Positions 1-10,241 are shown, counted from the first letter of the stretch. The stretch is 64,000 nucleotides of DNA from an uncultured bacterium (GCA_963786935.1 CAWBAN010000004.1:96001-160000); one strand, 5' to 3'. The notes: a model not told the origin generated them from the letters alone. Numbers and translations are program-made.

Positions 1-155
1 ACGAGCAGCTCCTCATGCAGTGGGTCCAGTCTCTTCCGCAGGAAGAGCGAATGGCGATATTCCAGAAGTTCCAGAGTCTGCGGACCGACGCTGAGCGCGA
101 AGCATACGGCAAGGAGCTCTGGGAGCGCGCGAAGGCCGCTCAGGGCACGAAGTAA
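1..155 (+). CDS. 3' end of an upstream gene (partial), possibly the partner M16 peptidase subunit
   Basis: Open frame from base 3 (EQLLMQWVQSLPQEERMAIFQK...AQGTK) ends at TAA 153-155, just before the RBS of the next gene. The partner identity is inferred from the usual pairing of M16B genes. Confidence 0.5.
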   Translation, partial: EQLLMQWVQSLPQEERMAIFQKFQSLRTDAEREAYGKELWERAKAAQGTK

Positions 156-167
156 AGGAGAGGAGCC

Positions 168-1586
168 ATGCGGAGAAAAGTCTTTATCGTAATGCTGGCC
201 GCGGTGCTCGCCGTATCGTTCGCGTCTCTCGCGTTCGCGGCGAAGCGCCAGCATCCGTCGAAGCTGAAATACGACCCGCTCAAGGTGACGACGCCGGCGG
301 CCGTGGAGCTCGCGCTCCCGAGCGGGCTCACGGGATTCTTCATCGAGGATCACGAGATTCCCGTCGTCGACATCGTGCTCGCCGTGAGGACGTATTATCC
401 CGAGAAGGGCAAGTACGGCCTCAACGAGATGGCGCAGTGGGTGATCCGGAACGGCGGCACGGAGAAATGGCCGGCCGACAAGCTCAACGACGAGCTCGAG
501 TTCCTCGCCGCGAACATCGAGGTCTACGGCGGCAACCTGAGCACGATGTTCGCCGTCAACTGTCTCAAGAAGGACCTGCCGCGCGTGCTCGAGATCTTCG
601 GAGACCTCGTCATGAATCCGGCGCTGCCCGGCGACAAGGTCGACATGAAGCGCAAGACGATGCTCGAGGACATCCGGCGCAAGAACGACGAGCCGAACGC
701 GGTCGTGCGCCGCGAGTTCGCGAAGCTCGTGTACGGCGACCACCCGTACGCCTGGGAGTCGTCGACGCCGAGCGTGAACGCGATCACGCGCGACGACCTC
801 GTCGCGTTCCATTCGACGTATTTCCATCCGGGGAACGCGATCATCGGGATCAGCGGCGACGTGACGAAGGACGAGATCGTCGGGATGCTCGACCAGGCGT
901 TCGCCGGATGGCGGAAAGCCGACGTGACGATTCCGAAGGTGCCCGATATCGCGGCGGCGCCCGCGGCGAGCGTCAACTACGCCTTCATGGACATCAACCA
1001 GGCGTATCTCTCGATCGGTCATCTCGGCATCAACGCGAACAACCCCGACCGATGCGCGGTCAACATCATGAACTTCATCCTCGGCGGGGGGAGCTTCACG
1101 TCGTGGATCACGGAGCAGGTCCGCAGCGACGAGGGGCTCGCGTACTCGGCCGGATCGCGCTACTCGTCCGACGCGTTCCAACTGGGAACGTTCAGCGCGT
1201 ACGCGCAGACCAAGGCGGACGCGTGCAGCCGCGCGACGGGGATCATCATCGAGCAGATCAAGAAGATGCGGGACGTGGGCCCCACGGCCGATGAGGTCAA
1301 GAGCGCGGTCGATTCGTACGTCAACAGCCAGGTGTTCGACAACGAATCGAAGTCGCAGGTCGTGCGCCGTCTCGTGCAGCTCAAGTTCGAGGGGCGCCCG
1401 CTCGATACGCCGGAGCAGGACATGCTCAAGTACGCGCAGATCACCGCCGCCGACGTGAAGGCGGCCGCGCAGAAATATCTCATGCCCGACAAGCTCACGC
1501 TGCTCGTCGTCGGGGACGCGAAGCTGTTCGACCGTCCGCTGAGCGACTTCGGCGCGGTGAACGAGATCAAGCTCGAGAAGGAGTGA
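168..1586 (+). CDS. M16 (pitrilysin/insulinase) family peptidase, secreted, probably the non-catalytic subunit
   Basis: Signal peptide; M16 motifs (YGDHPY, FHSTYFHPGNA, ILGGGSFTSWITEQVRSDEGLAYS); no HxxEH zinc motif (LNEMAQW at that position); AGGAG RBS. Confidence 0.85.
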   Translation: MRRKVFIVMLAAVLAVSFASLAFAAKRQHPSKLKYDPLKVTTPAAVELALPSGLTGFFIEDHEIPVVDIVLAVRTYYPEKGKYGLNEMAQWVIRNGGTEKWPADKLNDELEFLAANIEVYGGNLSTMFAVNCLKKDLPRVLEIFGDLVMNPALPGDKVDMKRKTMLEDIRRKNDEPNAVVRREFAKLVYGDHPYAWESSTPSVNAITRDDLVAFHSTYFHPGNAIIGISGDVTKDEIVGMLDQAFAGWRKADVTIPKVPDIAAAPAASVNYAFMDINQAYLSIGHLGINANNPDRCAVNIMNFILGGGSFTSWITEQVRSDEGLAYSAGSRYSSDAFQLGTFSAYAQTKADACSRATGIIIEQIKKMRDVGPTADEVKSAVDSYVNSQVFDNESKSQVVRRLVQLKFEGRPLDTPEQDMLKYAQITAADVKAAAQKYLMPDKLTLLVVGDAKLFDRPLSDFGAVNEIKLEKE

Positions 1587-1595
1587 CGTTCGCCC

Positions 1596-2867
1596 ATGCG
1601 CGACGTCGTCGCATTGATCCTGGGAGGGGGAAGGGGCACGAGGCTCTTCCCCCTCACGAAAACGCGGTCGAAGCCCGCGGTGCCGCTCGCCGGCAACTAC
1701 CGGCTCATCGACGTCACCGTGTCGAACTGCATCAACTCGAAGATCGACCGGATCTACGTCCTCACGCAGTTCAACTCGGCCTCGCTCAACCAGCACATCT
1801 CGAAGACGTACCGCTTCGACACCTTCTCGAGCGGCTTCGTCGAGGTGTTCGCGGCCGAGCAGACGCCGTCGTCGCTCGATTGGTTCCAGGGCACGGCGGA
1901 CGCGGTCCGCAAGGTGTTCCCGCACGTCGCCAACTTCGCGCCGCGCGACGTGCTCATCCTGTCGGGAGACCATCTTTACCGCATGGACTACGTCGACTTC
2001 ATCGCGCGGCATCGGATGCACGGCTCGGACATCACCGTCGCGGCGAAGGCGATTCCTCCGAACCGCGCCCACGAGCTCGGGGTACTGCACGCCGACGGAA
2101 AGGGGCGCATCGTCGAGTTCCGCGAGAAGCCGAAGGGGAAGCTCCTCGCCGACATGCGCACGAACACGAAGACGCTCGGGCTTCAGGCGACCGACGCGAA
2201 GCGCCGGCCCTACCTCGGATCGATGGGGGTGTACCTCTTCAAGTTCGAGGCGCTCCGCGACGTGCTCGAGCGCGACCCGCGCATGATCGACATCGCCAAG
2301 GAGGTCATCCCGGACGCGCTCACGAGGCTCAAGGTGCAGGCGTACCTTTTCGACGACTACTGGGAGGACATCGGCACGATCCCGACGTTCTACCGGGCGC
2401 ATATGGATCTGCTCGCGCCGCTCCCGCCGTTCAACCTCTTCGACGAGCGGCGCCCGCTCTACACGCACTACCGGTTCCTTCCGGGTCCGAAGGTCAACGA
2501 CGGCCGCATCGAGCGGTCGATTCTCAACAGCGGCTGCATCATCGAGCGGGCGACGATCAGGCGGTCGATCGTCGGGGTCCGGACGCGGGTCGGGGAGGGC
2601 TCGACGATCGAGGATTCGATCGTCATGGGCGCCGATTTCTACGAGCTTCCCTGGGAGCAGGGGGAGCAGCTTCCGCTCGGGATCGGGAGGCGGAGCGTCG
2701 TCCGGCGCGCGATCGTCGACAAGAACGCCCGCATCGGAAACCGCGTCACCCTCACGAACAAGCGGGGCATCGAGAACTACGACGATCCCGGCGAGCGATA
2801 CTACATCCGGAGCGGGATCATCGTCGTGCCGAAGGGCGCCACGATCGAGGACGGGACGGAAGTCTAG
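1596..2867 (+). CDS. glgC: Glucose-1-phosphate adenylyltransferase
   Basis: ILGGGRGTRLFPLTKTRSKPAVP, LTQFNSASLN, WFQGTADAVR, LSGDHLYRMDY, FREKP, YWEDIGT, and a C-terminal beta-helix. Confidence 0.95.
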   Translation: MRDVVALILGGGRGTRLFPLTKTRSKPAVPLAGNYRLIDVTVSNCINSKIDRIYVLTQFNSASLNQHISKTYRFDTFSSGFVEVFAAEQTPSSLDWFQGTADAVRKVFPHVANFAPRDVLILSGDHLYRMDYVDFIARHRMHGSDITVAAKAIPPNRAHELGVLHADGKGRIVEFREKPKGKLLADMRTNTKTLGLQATDAKRRPYLGSMGVYLFKFEALRDVLERDPRMIDIAKEVIPDALTRLKVQAYLFDDYWEDIGTIPTFYRAHMDLLAPLPPFNLFDERRPLYTHYRFLPGPKVNDGRIERSILNSGCIIERATIRRSIVGVRTRVGEGSTIEDSIVMGADFYELPWEQGEQLPLGIGRRSVVRRAIVDKNARIGNRVTLTNKRGIENYDDPGERYYIRSGIIVVPKGATIEDGTEV

Positions 2868-2876
2868 GGGCGGGGG

Positions 2877-2916
2877 GAAAAAAGAGGAGTCCCGAACCCT
2901 CGCGGATTCGGGACTC
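2877..2916 (-). terminator. Intrinsic terminator between convergent genes
   Basis: Stem GAGTCCCGAA/TTCGGGACTC; the A-run to its left gives a U-tract on the minus strand. Confidence 0.65.
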
Positions 2917-2968
2917 GGTGGGATCTCCGCCACCGGGCGCGTCGCGCCCCGCCGCTTCAATCACTGAC

Positions 2969-3547
2969 TCAGAACTTCGCCTTGATATCGCTCCAGCTGC
3001 TGTTCTCCGTGCCGAGCACGCAGTCGTGAATGATCATGCCGTTCGTGATGATGAAGTTGCATCCCATGACATCGACCGAAACCCACTCGGGGTTGTACGG
3101 CCATATCGTGAAGTCCTGGGAGAAATGCTGAACGACGGGAAACGTGCCGCACTGGTACATGATGGTGGCGCGCTGGATCATCATCGCTTCATCGACGCCC
3201 GGAAGCGGCGGCTGGTTGGCGCCGTATCCGAGGGCCGACCACTCGGGCGTCGACCAGTTGAGGGCGACGGTGATGTTGGTCGTGCAGGTCGGATTGTAGG
3301 CGACCCAGTCGAACTCGATGTGAATGATCTTGCCGCGCATCGGATCGAACGGATGATCGTAGAACCACTGATTGATCCACATGGAGGGGTATACGAACCA
3401 CTCGCCGCCGTTGAAGCCGCTGCCGCCGCCCGCGAGGACGTTGCCGGCTCCGACGGTGATGTAGAAGCTGTCGTTTCTCACCTGGGCGGATGCCGAAACG
3501 GCGAATGCCAGCATCGCCAGGACGAGGATGATGGCGCATTTTTTCAT
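2969..3547 (-). CDS. Secreted hypothetical protein with C-terminal VLGTENSSWSDIKAKF tail
   Basis: AGGAGG RBS before ATG 3547 (MKKCAIILV...ASA signal peptide); aromatic beta-rich domain; tail resembles that of 6125-6709. Confidence 0.8.
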   Translation of the reverse strand: MKKCAIILVLAMLAFAVSASAQVRNDSFYITVGAGNVLAGGGSGFNGGEWFVYPSMWINQWFYDHPFDPMRGKIIHIEFDWVAYNPTCTTNITVALNWSTPEWSALGYGANQPPLPGVDEAMMIQRATIMYQCGTFPVVQHFSQDFTIWPYNPEWVSVDVMGCNFIITNGMIIHDCVLGTENSSWSDIKAKF

Positions 3548-3751
3548 AATGGGGGTCCTCCTGTTGCTTGCCTGCATAGTTGCGCTCGCGGAATCCCCGC
3601 CGGAGAAGCTCGGGCCAAGTCTTTCCGGGTGCGGATCCATGGAGCTCCTGATGACATAAACGAATTAGTCGCAGTCGGTTATGCGCCAACCTCCTTTCGA
3701 GCCCGTATGTCCCCTCCGGATTTTGTCTGAGAATCAGGTATTGAGGCGGCC

Positions 3752-3780
3752 ATTATACCAGAATCGATGGGCGGATTCAA
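3752..3780 (-). promoter_or_regulatory. Sigma-70-type promoter
   Basis: Minus strand TTGAAT-17 nt-TATAAT with extended -10 TG. Confidence 0.6.
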
Positions 3781-3809
3781 CCCTAAACGGCAGGACCCGC
3801 GCCCGCGCG

Positions 3810-4286
3810 CTAGAGGTCGATTTCGAAGAAGCGCTCGACGCTCGTGGGATTCGTGGGGTCGATGGCGCGCGTTTGGGAACCGGGGCGGAAACCTTTCTTG
3901 AGGTAGAGCGTGTGCGCGGCCGTGAGGAGCACGTCGGACCAGAGACACATTCTCCTGAATCCGTGCGCGATCGCCCACCCGTGCGCCGTGGCGAGGAGGC
4001 GCGTCGCGAGGCCGCGGCGCCGGTACGCGTGTCCCACGTAGAGCCGCTTGAGCTCGCACTCGTCGCCGCCGTGCGGAAGAACGCCGACGCAGCCCGCGAC
4101 GCGGCCGCCGTCATCCGCGACCCAGAACTCGCCTCCCGCGTCCTGATACGTGGACTGCGCGTCGACGAGATCCGCCTCGAAATGGTCGAAGTCGATTATA
4201 TAGTTGTAGTCGTCGTACACCGACTTGATGATGGCGAGCACGCCGGGCTTGTCCTCGGGTTGGAAGGGGCGGATGACGAGAGTCAT
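3810..4286 (-). CDS. GNAT family N-acetyltransferase
   Basis: [19 protein letters not shown] (motif A) and [10 protein letters not shown]. Confidence 0.85.
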   Translation of the reverse strand: MTLVIRPFQPEDKPGVLAIIKSVYDDYNYIIDFDHFEADLVDAQSTYQDAGGEFWVADDGGRVAGCVGVLPHGGDECELKRLYVGHAYRRRGLATRLLATAHGWAIAHGFRRMCLWSDVLLTAAHTLYLKKGFRPGSQTRAIDPTNPTSVERFFEIDL

Positions 4287-6021
4287 TTCTCGCCGGCCCC
4301 GCGGTAGCGGTTGGTGATGGGGAGCCTCCGGTCGCGGCCGAAGGCCTTGGGCGTGATCTTGATTCCCGGCGCGCCCTGCCGCCGTTTGTATTCGCTCGCA
4401 TCGATCATCCGGATCGTCCGTTTCACAGCGCCGGGTCGAGCCCGCGCGCGGCGATCTCCTCGAATCCCATGTCGCGCTCGACGTACATCTCGATGATCCG
4501 GTCGAGCACCGGATACGGCGGGAGGGTGTCCTGGTCGAATTGCCCGGGGCGCAGCTCCGCCGTCGGTCGGCGGCGGAGAATGGAACTCGGGATGACCGGC
4601 GAACGGCCGCGCCCGTTGCGCCACCGGCAGAGCGGATAGACGAGCGTCTTCGGGACGTCCTTGATCACGGCGAATCCCCCCGCCATGTCGCCGTAGAGCG
4701 TGCAGTAGCCCACGGCGAGCTCGCTCTTGTTGCCGGTGGTGAGCACGAGCCAGCCGAACTTGTTCGAGAGCGCCATGAGGACGTTGCCCCGGGCGCGCGC
4801 CTGGAAATTCTCCTCGGTCACGCCGGGAGGGCGCCCCCTGAACGCGGCGCGCGTGGCGGCGAGGTACGATTCGTAGATATCCGTGATCGGGATCTCGATG
4901 GCGCGCATGCGGAGGTTCCGGCAGACGAGGCGCGCGTCGCGGAGCGTCTCGTGCGAGGTGTATGCCGAGGGCATCGTGACGCCGACCGCGCGGCCGGCGC
5001 CGAGCGCGTCGACCGCGATCGCGGCGACGAGGGCCGAGTCGATCCCGCCGCTCATTCCGAGCACGACCTTCGAGAAGCCGTTCTTGTCCACGTAATCGTG
5101 CGTGCCGAGGACGAGGGCGCGGTACACCTCCTCGATCGCGTCGAGGTGCGCGGCGCAGCGGGGCCGGACCGTGCGCTTCCGCCGCGGGGCGGGGAGCGCC
5201 GGGCAATCGACGATCTCGACCCGCTTGTGGACGCCCGAGAAGGGATGCGGGAGCTCGGCCCGTCCGGGGTCGGCCGCGGCCGTGTCGATGTCCGCGACGA
5301 GGAGATCCTCCTCGAAGGCCGCGCCCCGCGCGACCGTCTTTCCGTCGGGGGAGACGATCACGCTGCACCCGTCGAAGACGAGCTCGTCCTGGCCGCCGAC
5401 GAGGTTGACGTAGCAGAGCCAGCAGCCGTTCTCGCGGGCGCGGCGCTGCATGAGCTTCTCGCGTTCGGGGCCCTTGCGGCGGTGATACGGCGAGGCGGAA
5501 ATGTTGATGACGACGCGCGCGCCGCCGAGGAGCGCCTGCGAGGCGGTCGGGCCGTCGTCCACCCAGACGTCCTCGCAGATGCTCAAGCCAATGGGCTCGC
5601 CGTCGAAGCTCGCGACGACCGCGTTCTCGCCCGGCTCGAAGTACCGCTTCTCGTCGAAGACCCCGTAGTTCGGCAGGTTGAGCTTGCGGTACGTCGCGGC
5701 GACCTTCCCGTCCATGAGGACGTGGCAGGCGTTGTGCGGACGAGCGCCGGGACGCGCCGGCGGCTCGGGGGCGCCGGCGAGAAGGACGATTCCCTTCGCC
5801 TCGCGGGCGGCTGCGCGGACGGCGGCGGCGCAATCCTTGAGAAACCGCGGCTTGAGGAGAAGATCCTCGGGCGGGTAACCGCACAGCACGAGCTCGGGGA
5901 ACGCGACGATCTGCGCGCCGCGCCGCTTCGCCTCGGCCGTCATGCGGCGGACGGCCGCGACGTTGCCGGCGAAATCCCCCACGGTCGGATTGATCTGGGC
6001 GAGCGCGATCCGGATCTTCAT
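4283..6021 (-). CDS. nadE: Glutamine-dependent NAD+ synthetase, frameshifted near the 3' end (about 4426)
   Basis: Nitrilase domain ([28 protein letters not shown]) plus synthetase domain ([30 protein letters not shown]). The conserved end [24 protein letters not shown] is in the -1 frame and stops at 4283. Confidence 0.9.
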
Positions 6022-6124
6022 GGAGCCGATTCTACCACGGCGGAGCCGCGCCGAAAAGCCCTAACGAAACCGCCGTCAGGAGAGGCGCAATGGACGGCGC
6101 GCGAAAGGCCCGCGAGAGAACCGG

Positions 6125-6709
6125 CTATTTGTAGAGCTCCTTGATGGCGCCCCACGTCGTTTCCTCGACGCCCAACGGGCCGAACGGCTCGAGCGGCGAG
6201 TAGCAGCCGCCGTTGAACACGAACGCGCCGCCGGGGAGGGCGATGTAGATGGGAGCCCCCTCGATACATTCGGTTATGACGATGGCGTGCTGCGGCACCT
6301 GCTCGGGATCCGCAACGACCGCGACGGTGAACGTATCCGGGTCGGAGACGTTCATGACCGGAATCGTACCCAGCGATACGTAGTCCGCGTCCGGGAAGCA
6401 CTCCGGCGAGACGAGGGAGATCCCCGTTTCGACCGAGCCGAATATCAGGATAATGCTCGACGGCCATGTCTGCGGCAGGATGGCGGAGCCGGAGCTCGAT
6501 TTCAGCAGCTTGAATTCGTACCCCTGGCCCATGCGGGGGCCTTCGCCGCGCACGTAGTAGAGGTAGAGATTGCCGATCGCCCCTATCCCTACGTCCATAT
6601 GGCATTCATTGTGTTCCGTATCCGAGAAGAGAGCGAGCATTCCCTGCTGGGCGTTCGCGCCGGCGGCGAGACACGCCACGAGAACGATAGACAGAAGCAG
6701 ACGTTTCAT
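6125..6709 (-). CDS. Secreted hypothetical protein with C-terminal PLGVEETTWGAIKELYK tail
   Basis: GGAGG RBS, MKRLLL...ANA signal peptide, several Cys, tail motif TWGAIKELY. Confidence 0.8.
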   Translation of the reverse strand: MKRLLLSIVLVACLAAGANAQQGMLALFSDTEHNECHMDVGIGAIGNLYLYYVRGEGPRMGQGYEFKLLKSSSGSAILPQTWPSSIILIFGSVETGISLVSPECFPDADYVSLGTIPVMNVSDPDTFTVAVVADPEQVPQHAIVITECIEGAPIYIALPGGAFVFNGGCYSPLEPFGPLGVEETTWGAIKELYK

Positions 6710-6771
6710 CGTGCACCTCCATACCCCGAGGATTCCCCGCATATGGCCTTTTATAGTGAAATCTCGAGCAT

Positions 6772-6801
6772 ATTATACGCCCTCCGGCGCCCTCGGGTCA
6801 A
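6772..6801 (-). promoter_or_regulatory. Sigma-70-type promoter
   Basis: Minus strand TTGACC-18 nt-TATAAT upstream of the 6709 start. Confidence 0.55.
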
Positions 6802-6952
6802 TCTCGAAGGGCTCCGGGGCTGGAGCATCCGGAACGGGGCGGGCGCGACCCGAGGCCCCGCCGGAGGCCTCCTAAAAAGCCGTGAAACTATGTTCCTTCC
6901 GCGGCGTACTACAGATAGATGGTTTATGATGCAGCCGGAAAGGAGCCGGGCT

Positions 6953-8206
6953 ATGAAAAGGACTTTGATCATTTCATTAATTCTTTTAATCGCAGCGATC
7001 TACCAGCCGCAAGCGCTTCGTGCCGATTACAGCCGGACGATCGAGAAAAGCTTCGCCGTCCCGATGGGGGGCAGGCTCGTGCTCGACCTGAACGCCGGAG
7101 GCGGCGTGGAAATCAAGGGGTGGAGCAAGGCGGAGGTCGCGGTCAGGGTCGATATCGGCGGGAACGACGCGGAGCGGGTCGGCGTCGAGTTCGAGCCGGG
7201 CCCCTCGGGCCTGACCGTCATTTCCGAATGCAAGAAGCGGCATCATGCCCGCTACGATGTGGATTACCGCATCATGGTGCCGGCGCGCTGTGACGTGAAA
7301 ATCGAATCGAACGGCGGCGAGGTGACGATCGAAGGCGTCGAGGGAGATCTGAGTGGCCAGACGATGGGCGGAGCGCTCGATCTGACCCGCGTCAAGGGGG
7401 ACATCGACCTCGAGACGATGGGCGGCTCGGTGCGTGTCGAGGACTCGGAAGCGGATGGCAAGGTGCATACGATGGGCGGCGAGGTGGTTATCCGCAACGT
7501 GAAGGGGAACCTCAAGGGTTCGACGATGGGCGGGGCGGTGACCTACGACAACGTGACCGGGCGCTCCGCCTCTTCCGCGGACGACGACGAGATGGACGTG
7601 TCAACCATGGGCGGCGACATCACGATCACGAGCACCGACAGGAAGGTCAAGGCGAATACGCTCGGCGGGGACATCGAGATCGAGAAGGCGGAAGAGGTCA
7701 ACGTGACGACGATGGGAGGGGATATCGACATCGACGATGCCCCCGCCGGCGCGAAGGTCTCGACGATGGGCGGGGACGTCACGATCCTGAAGGCGGGGAA
7801 GTATGTCGCCGCCAAAACGATGGGCGGCGACATCCGGATCGAGGCGATCGACGGCGAGATCGACGCGTCGACGATGGGCGGGGATATCGAGGCCGTGATG
7901 GTCGGCGATCCGGCGACGGGAGACCGCGACGTCGATCTGTCGTCCATGGGCGGGGACATCGAGATCACCGTGCCCGCGGGGCTCTCGATGAAGTTCGATC
8001 TCGAGATCGAGTACACGAAGAAGCACCACAGGAAATGCCGGATCGAGGGCGACTTTCCGGTGAAGATCGAGGAGAGCGCCGACTGGGAGCACAACTTCAT
8101 AGGTCAGGCCCACAAGCACATCTATGGAACGGGCGAGGTCGGCGGCGGCAAACATCTGATCAAGATCAAGACGCGCAACGGCCATATCGCGATCAGAAAG
8201 GGATAG
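6953..8206 (+). CDS. DUF4097-like beta-strand repeat (putative adhesin) protein
   Basis: AGGAG RBS, signal peptide, about 12 repeats of a (T/S)(M/L/N)GG(D/E/A/S)(I/V/L) unit mostly ~19 aa apart, end IKTRNGHIAIRK. Confidence 0.8.
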   Translation: MKRTLIISLILLIAAIYQPQALRADYSRTIEKSFAVPMGGRLVLDLNAGGGVEIKGWSKAEVAVRVDIGGNDAERVGVEFEPGPSGLTVISECKKRHHARYDVDYRIMVPARCDVKIESNGGEVTIEGVEGDLSGQTMGGALDLTRVKGDIDLETMGGSVRVEDSEADGKVHTMGGEVVIRNVKGNLKGSTMGGAVTYDNVTGRSASSADDDEMDVSTMGGDITITSTDRKVKANTLGGDIEIEKAEEVNVTTMGGDIDIDDAPAGAKVSTMGGDVTILKAGKYVAAKTMGGDIRIEAIDGEIDASTMGGDIEAVMVGDPATGDRDVDLSSMGGDIEITVPAGLSMKFDLEIEYTKKHHRKCRIEGDFPVKIEESADWEHNFIGQAHKHIYGTGEVGGGKHLIKIKTRNGHIAIRKG

Positions 8207-8403
8207 CGGCGATGAGCGAGGCGCCCTGCCGCGCGAGCGCCTCGCACCCCGTTCGATTCAATCCTTCCCGGAAATCCTGCCGCACAATCGGCGAGCGGCC
8301 CCGCCCGCGAGAAAATAATTGTTGACATAATCGGCATTTTGCTGGACAATATTCTCCGATTCGGCCCCTTATACTAATAATTATTTGCGGCGGTGACGAT
8401 CCC

Positions 8404-9000
8404 ATGAATCAGGGTCAAAACGGATTCCATCCCCTCGACATCCGCATCCTCGAGATTCTCCAGAACCAGGGTCGCATTCCGAACGTGCAGCTCGCCGCCG
8501 AGGTGGGGCTGAGCCCGTCGGCCGTCCTCGAGCGCGTGCGAAAGCTCGAGGAGCGCGGCGTCATCGACCGGTACGTGACCCTCGTCGACAACAAGAAGGT
8601 CGGGCTCGGCACGATCGCGTTCGTCGCCGTTTCGCTCAATCTCCACCAGCAGGATTCGATCGAGAACTTCCACCGCTTCGTGCGGGAGAGCGGGCACGTG
8701 CTCGAGTGCTACCACGTCGCGGGAGGCGAGGATTACCTCCTCAAGGTGTACGCGCGGGACATCGACGATTACGAGCAGTTCCTCCTCTCGAGCCTCACGA
8801 GGACCCGGGGCATCGACAAGGTGAAGACGATGTTCGTGCTCTCGACGCTCAAACGGGAGACCGCCGTGCCGCTGACGTCGGCCGCCGAGGGCGCGCGGAA
8901 CGGAACGAACGGCGAGCCGCCCCCGAAGCGCGGGAAGGCCGCGTGCGTCGGCTGCGAGAGAAAACGAAACAAACGGGACAAAACGAATAAACGGAGATAA
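8404..9000 (+). CDS. Lrp/AsnC family transcriptional regulator with a basic C-terminal extension
   Basis: LDIRILEILQNQGRIPNVQLAAEVGLSPSAVLERVRKLEERGVI HTH; VLECYHVAGGEDYLLKV RAM domain. Confidence 0.92.
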   Translation: MNQGQNGFHPLDIRILEILQNQGRIPNVQLAAEVGLSPSAVLERVRKLEERGVIDRYVTLVDNKKVGLGTIAFVAVSLNLHQQDSIENFHRFVRESGHVLECYHVAGGEDYLLKVYARDIDDYEQFLLSSLTRTRGIDKVKTMFVLSTLKRETAVPLTSAAEGARNGTNGEPPPKRGKAACVGCERKRNKRDKTNKRR

Positions 9001-9040
9001 CTCAAACGGCCGGGAGCGATCCCGGGACAAGGAGGCATCC

Positions 9041-10231
9041 ATGGCGAAGAAGCTTCGTTTCGATACGATAGCGGTGAAGGGAGGATTCGATCGCGAGGAA
9101 CAGCTCCGGTACCACACGATGGCGCCGCCGCTCATCCAGAGCGCCGTGTTCCCGTACGAATCCGCGCAGTGGGCCGCCGATCTCTACAGCTACAAGATCG
9201 AAGGCTTCGCGTACGGCCGGATCAACAATCCGACGAACGACATCCTCGAGAAGCGCATGGCGATGCTCGAGGGGGCCGAGGCGGGGCTCGCCCTGTCCTC
9301 CGGCATGTCGGCGATCTTCATGGTGCTCCACCATCTCGTCGCCGCGGGGGAGGAAGTGACCTCCTCGATCCGCGTCTACGGCGGCACGCAGCAGCTCTTC
9401 GCCACCTCGGCGCCGCGCATGGGCATCAAGGTCAACTGGGTCGAGGAGCCCGACAAGATGGCGTCGTGGGAAAAGGCGATCACGCCGAAGACGAAGCTCC
9501 TCCACGTCGAGAGCCCGAGCAACCCGAACCTCTTCGTCGCCGACATTCCGGCGATCGCGAAGATCGCGAAGAAGCACGGGCTCCCGCTCATGGTCGACAA
9601 CACGATCTGCACGCCGGCGCTCATGCGGCCGATCGAGCTCGGCGCCGACATCGTGATCCACTCCGCGACCAAGTACATCAGCGGGAACGCCACGAGCCTT
9701 TCGGGGATTCTCGTCGGGAAAAAGGAGTTCGTGAATCACGTGCGGCACATCGGCTTCCGCAACATGGGGCCGACGGCCGCCCCGTTCAACGGCTGGCTCT
9801 GTCTCCTCGGCCTCGACAGCCTCTCGCTCCGGATGAAGAAGCATTCGGACAACGCGATGACGATCGCGAAACATCTCGAGAAGCACGCGAAGATCGAGTC
9901 GGTGAGCTACCCGGGGCTCCCGAGCCATCCGCAGCACGAGACCGCCAAGCGGCAGATGAGCGCTTTCTCGTCGATGCTCAGCTTCAACGTAAAGGGCGGG
10001 CTCGATGCGGCGCGCCGGGTGATCGATCACCTGACGATCGCCGTGCATACGACGCACCTCGGCTCGTCGCAGACCGTGGCGATCCAGCCGGCCGCGACGA
10101 CACACTGGCAGCTCGGTCCCGAGGAGCGGGCGAAGGCCGGCGTTCCCGACAACCTCATCCGCTACTCGGCAGGGCTCGAGGACGCGCAGGATCTTATCGA
10201 GGATCTCGATGACGCGCTCACGCACGCATAA
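9041..10231 (+). CDS. Cys/Met metabolism PLP-dependent gamma-family enzyme (gamma-lyase/synthase or sulfhydrylase-like)
   Basis: YGRINNPT, SSGMSAI, VYGGT, ESPSNP, VDNT, HSATKY (PLP Lys), YPGLPSHPQH, LIRYSAGLED. Confidence 0.88.
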   Translation: MAKKLRFDTIAVKGGFDREEQLRYHTMAPPLIQSAVFPYESAQWAADLYSYKIEGFAYGRINNPTNDILEKRMAMLEGAEAGLALSSGMSAIFMVLHHLVAAGEEVTSSIRVYGGTQQLFATSAPRMGIKVNWVEEPDKMASWEKAITPKTKLLHVESPSNPNLFVADIPAIAKIAKKHGLPLMVDNTICTPALMRPIELGADIVIHSATKYISGNATSLSGILVGKKEFVNHVRHIGFRNMGPTAAPFNGWLCLLGLDSLSLRMKKHSDNAMTIAKHLEKHAKIESVSYPGLPSHPQHETAKRQMSAFSSMLSFNVKGGLDAARRVIDHLTIAVHTTHLGSSQTVAIQPAATTHWQLGPEERAKAGVPDNLIRYSAGLEDAQDLIEDLDDALTHA

Positions 10232-10241
10232 GGAGGGAGCA

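Noticed and set aside
3550..3745. Riboswitch in the ~200-nt leader of the secreted protein gene
   Set aside because: No known aptamer consensus recognisable by eye; an Infernal/Rfam scan would be needed.
4420..4430. Selenocysteine read-through or programmed frameshift at the nadE TGA
   Set aside because: The conserved continuation is in another frame, the position is not a Cys site, and there is no slippery sequence.
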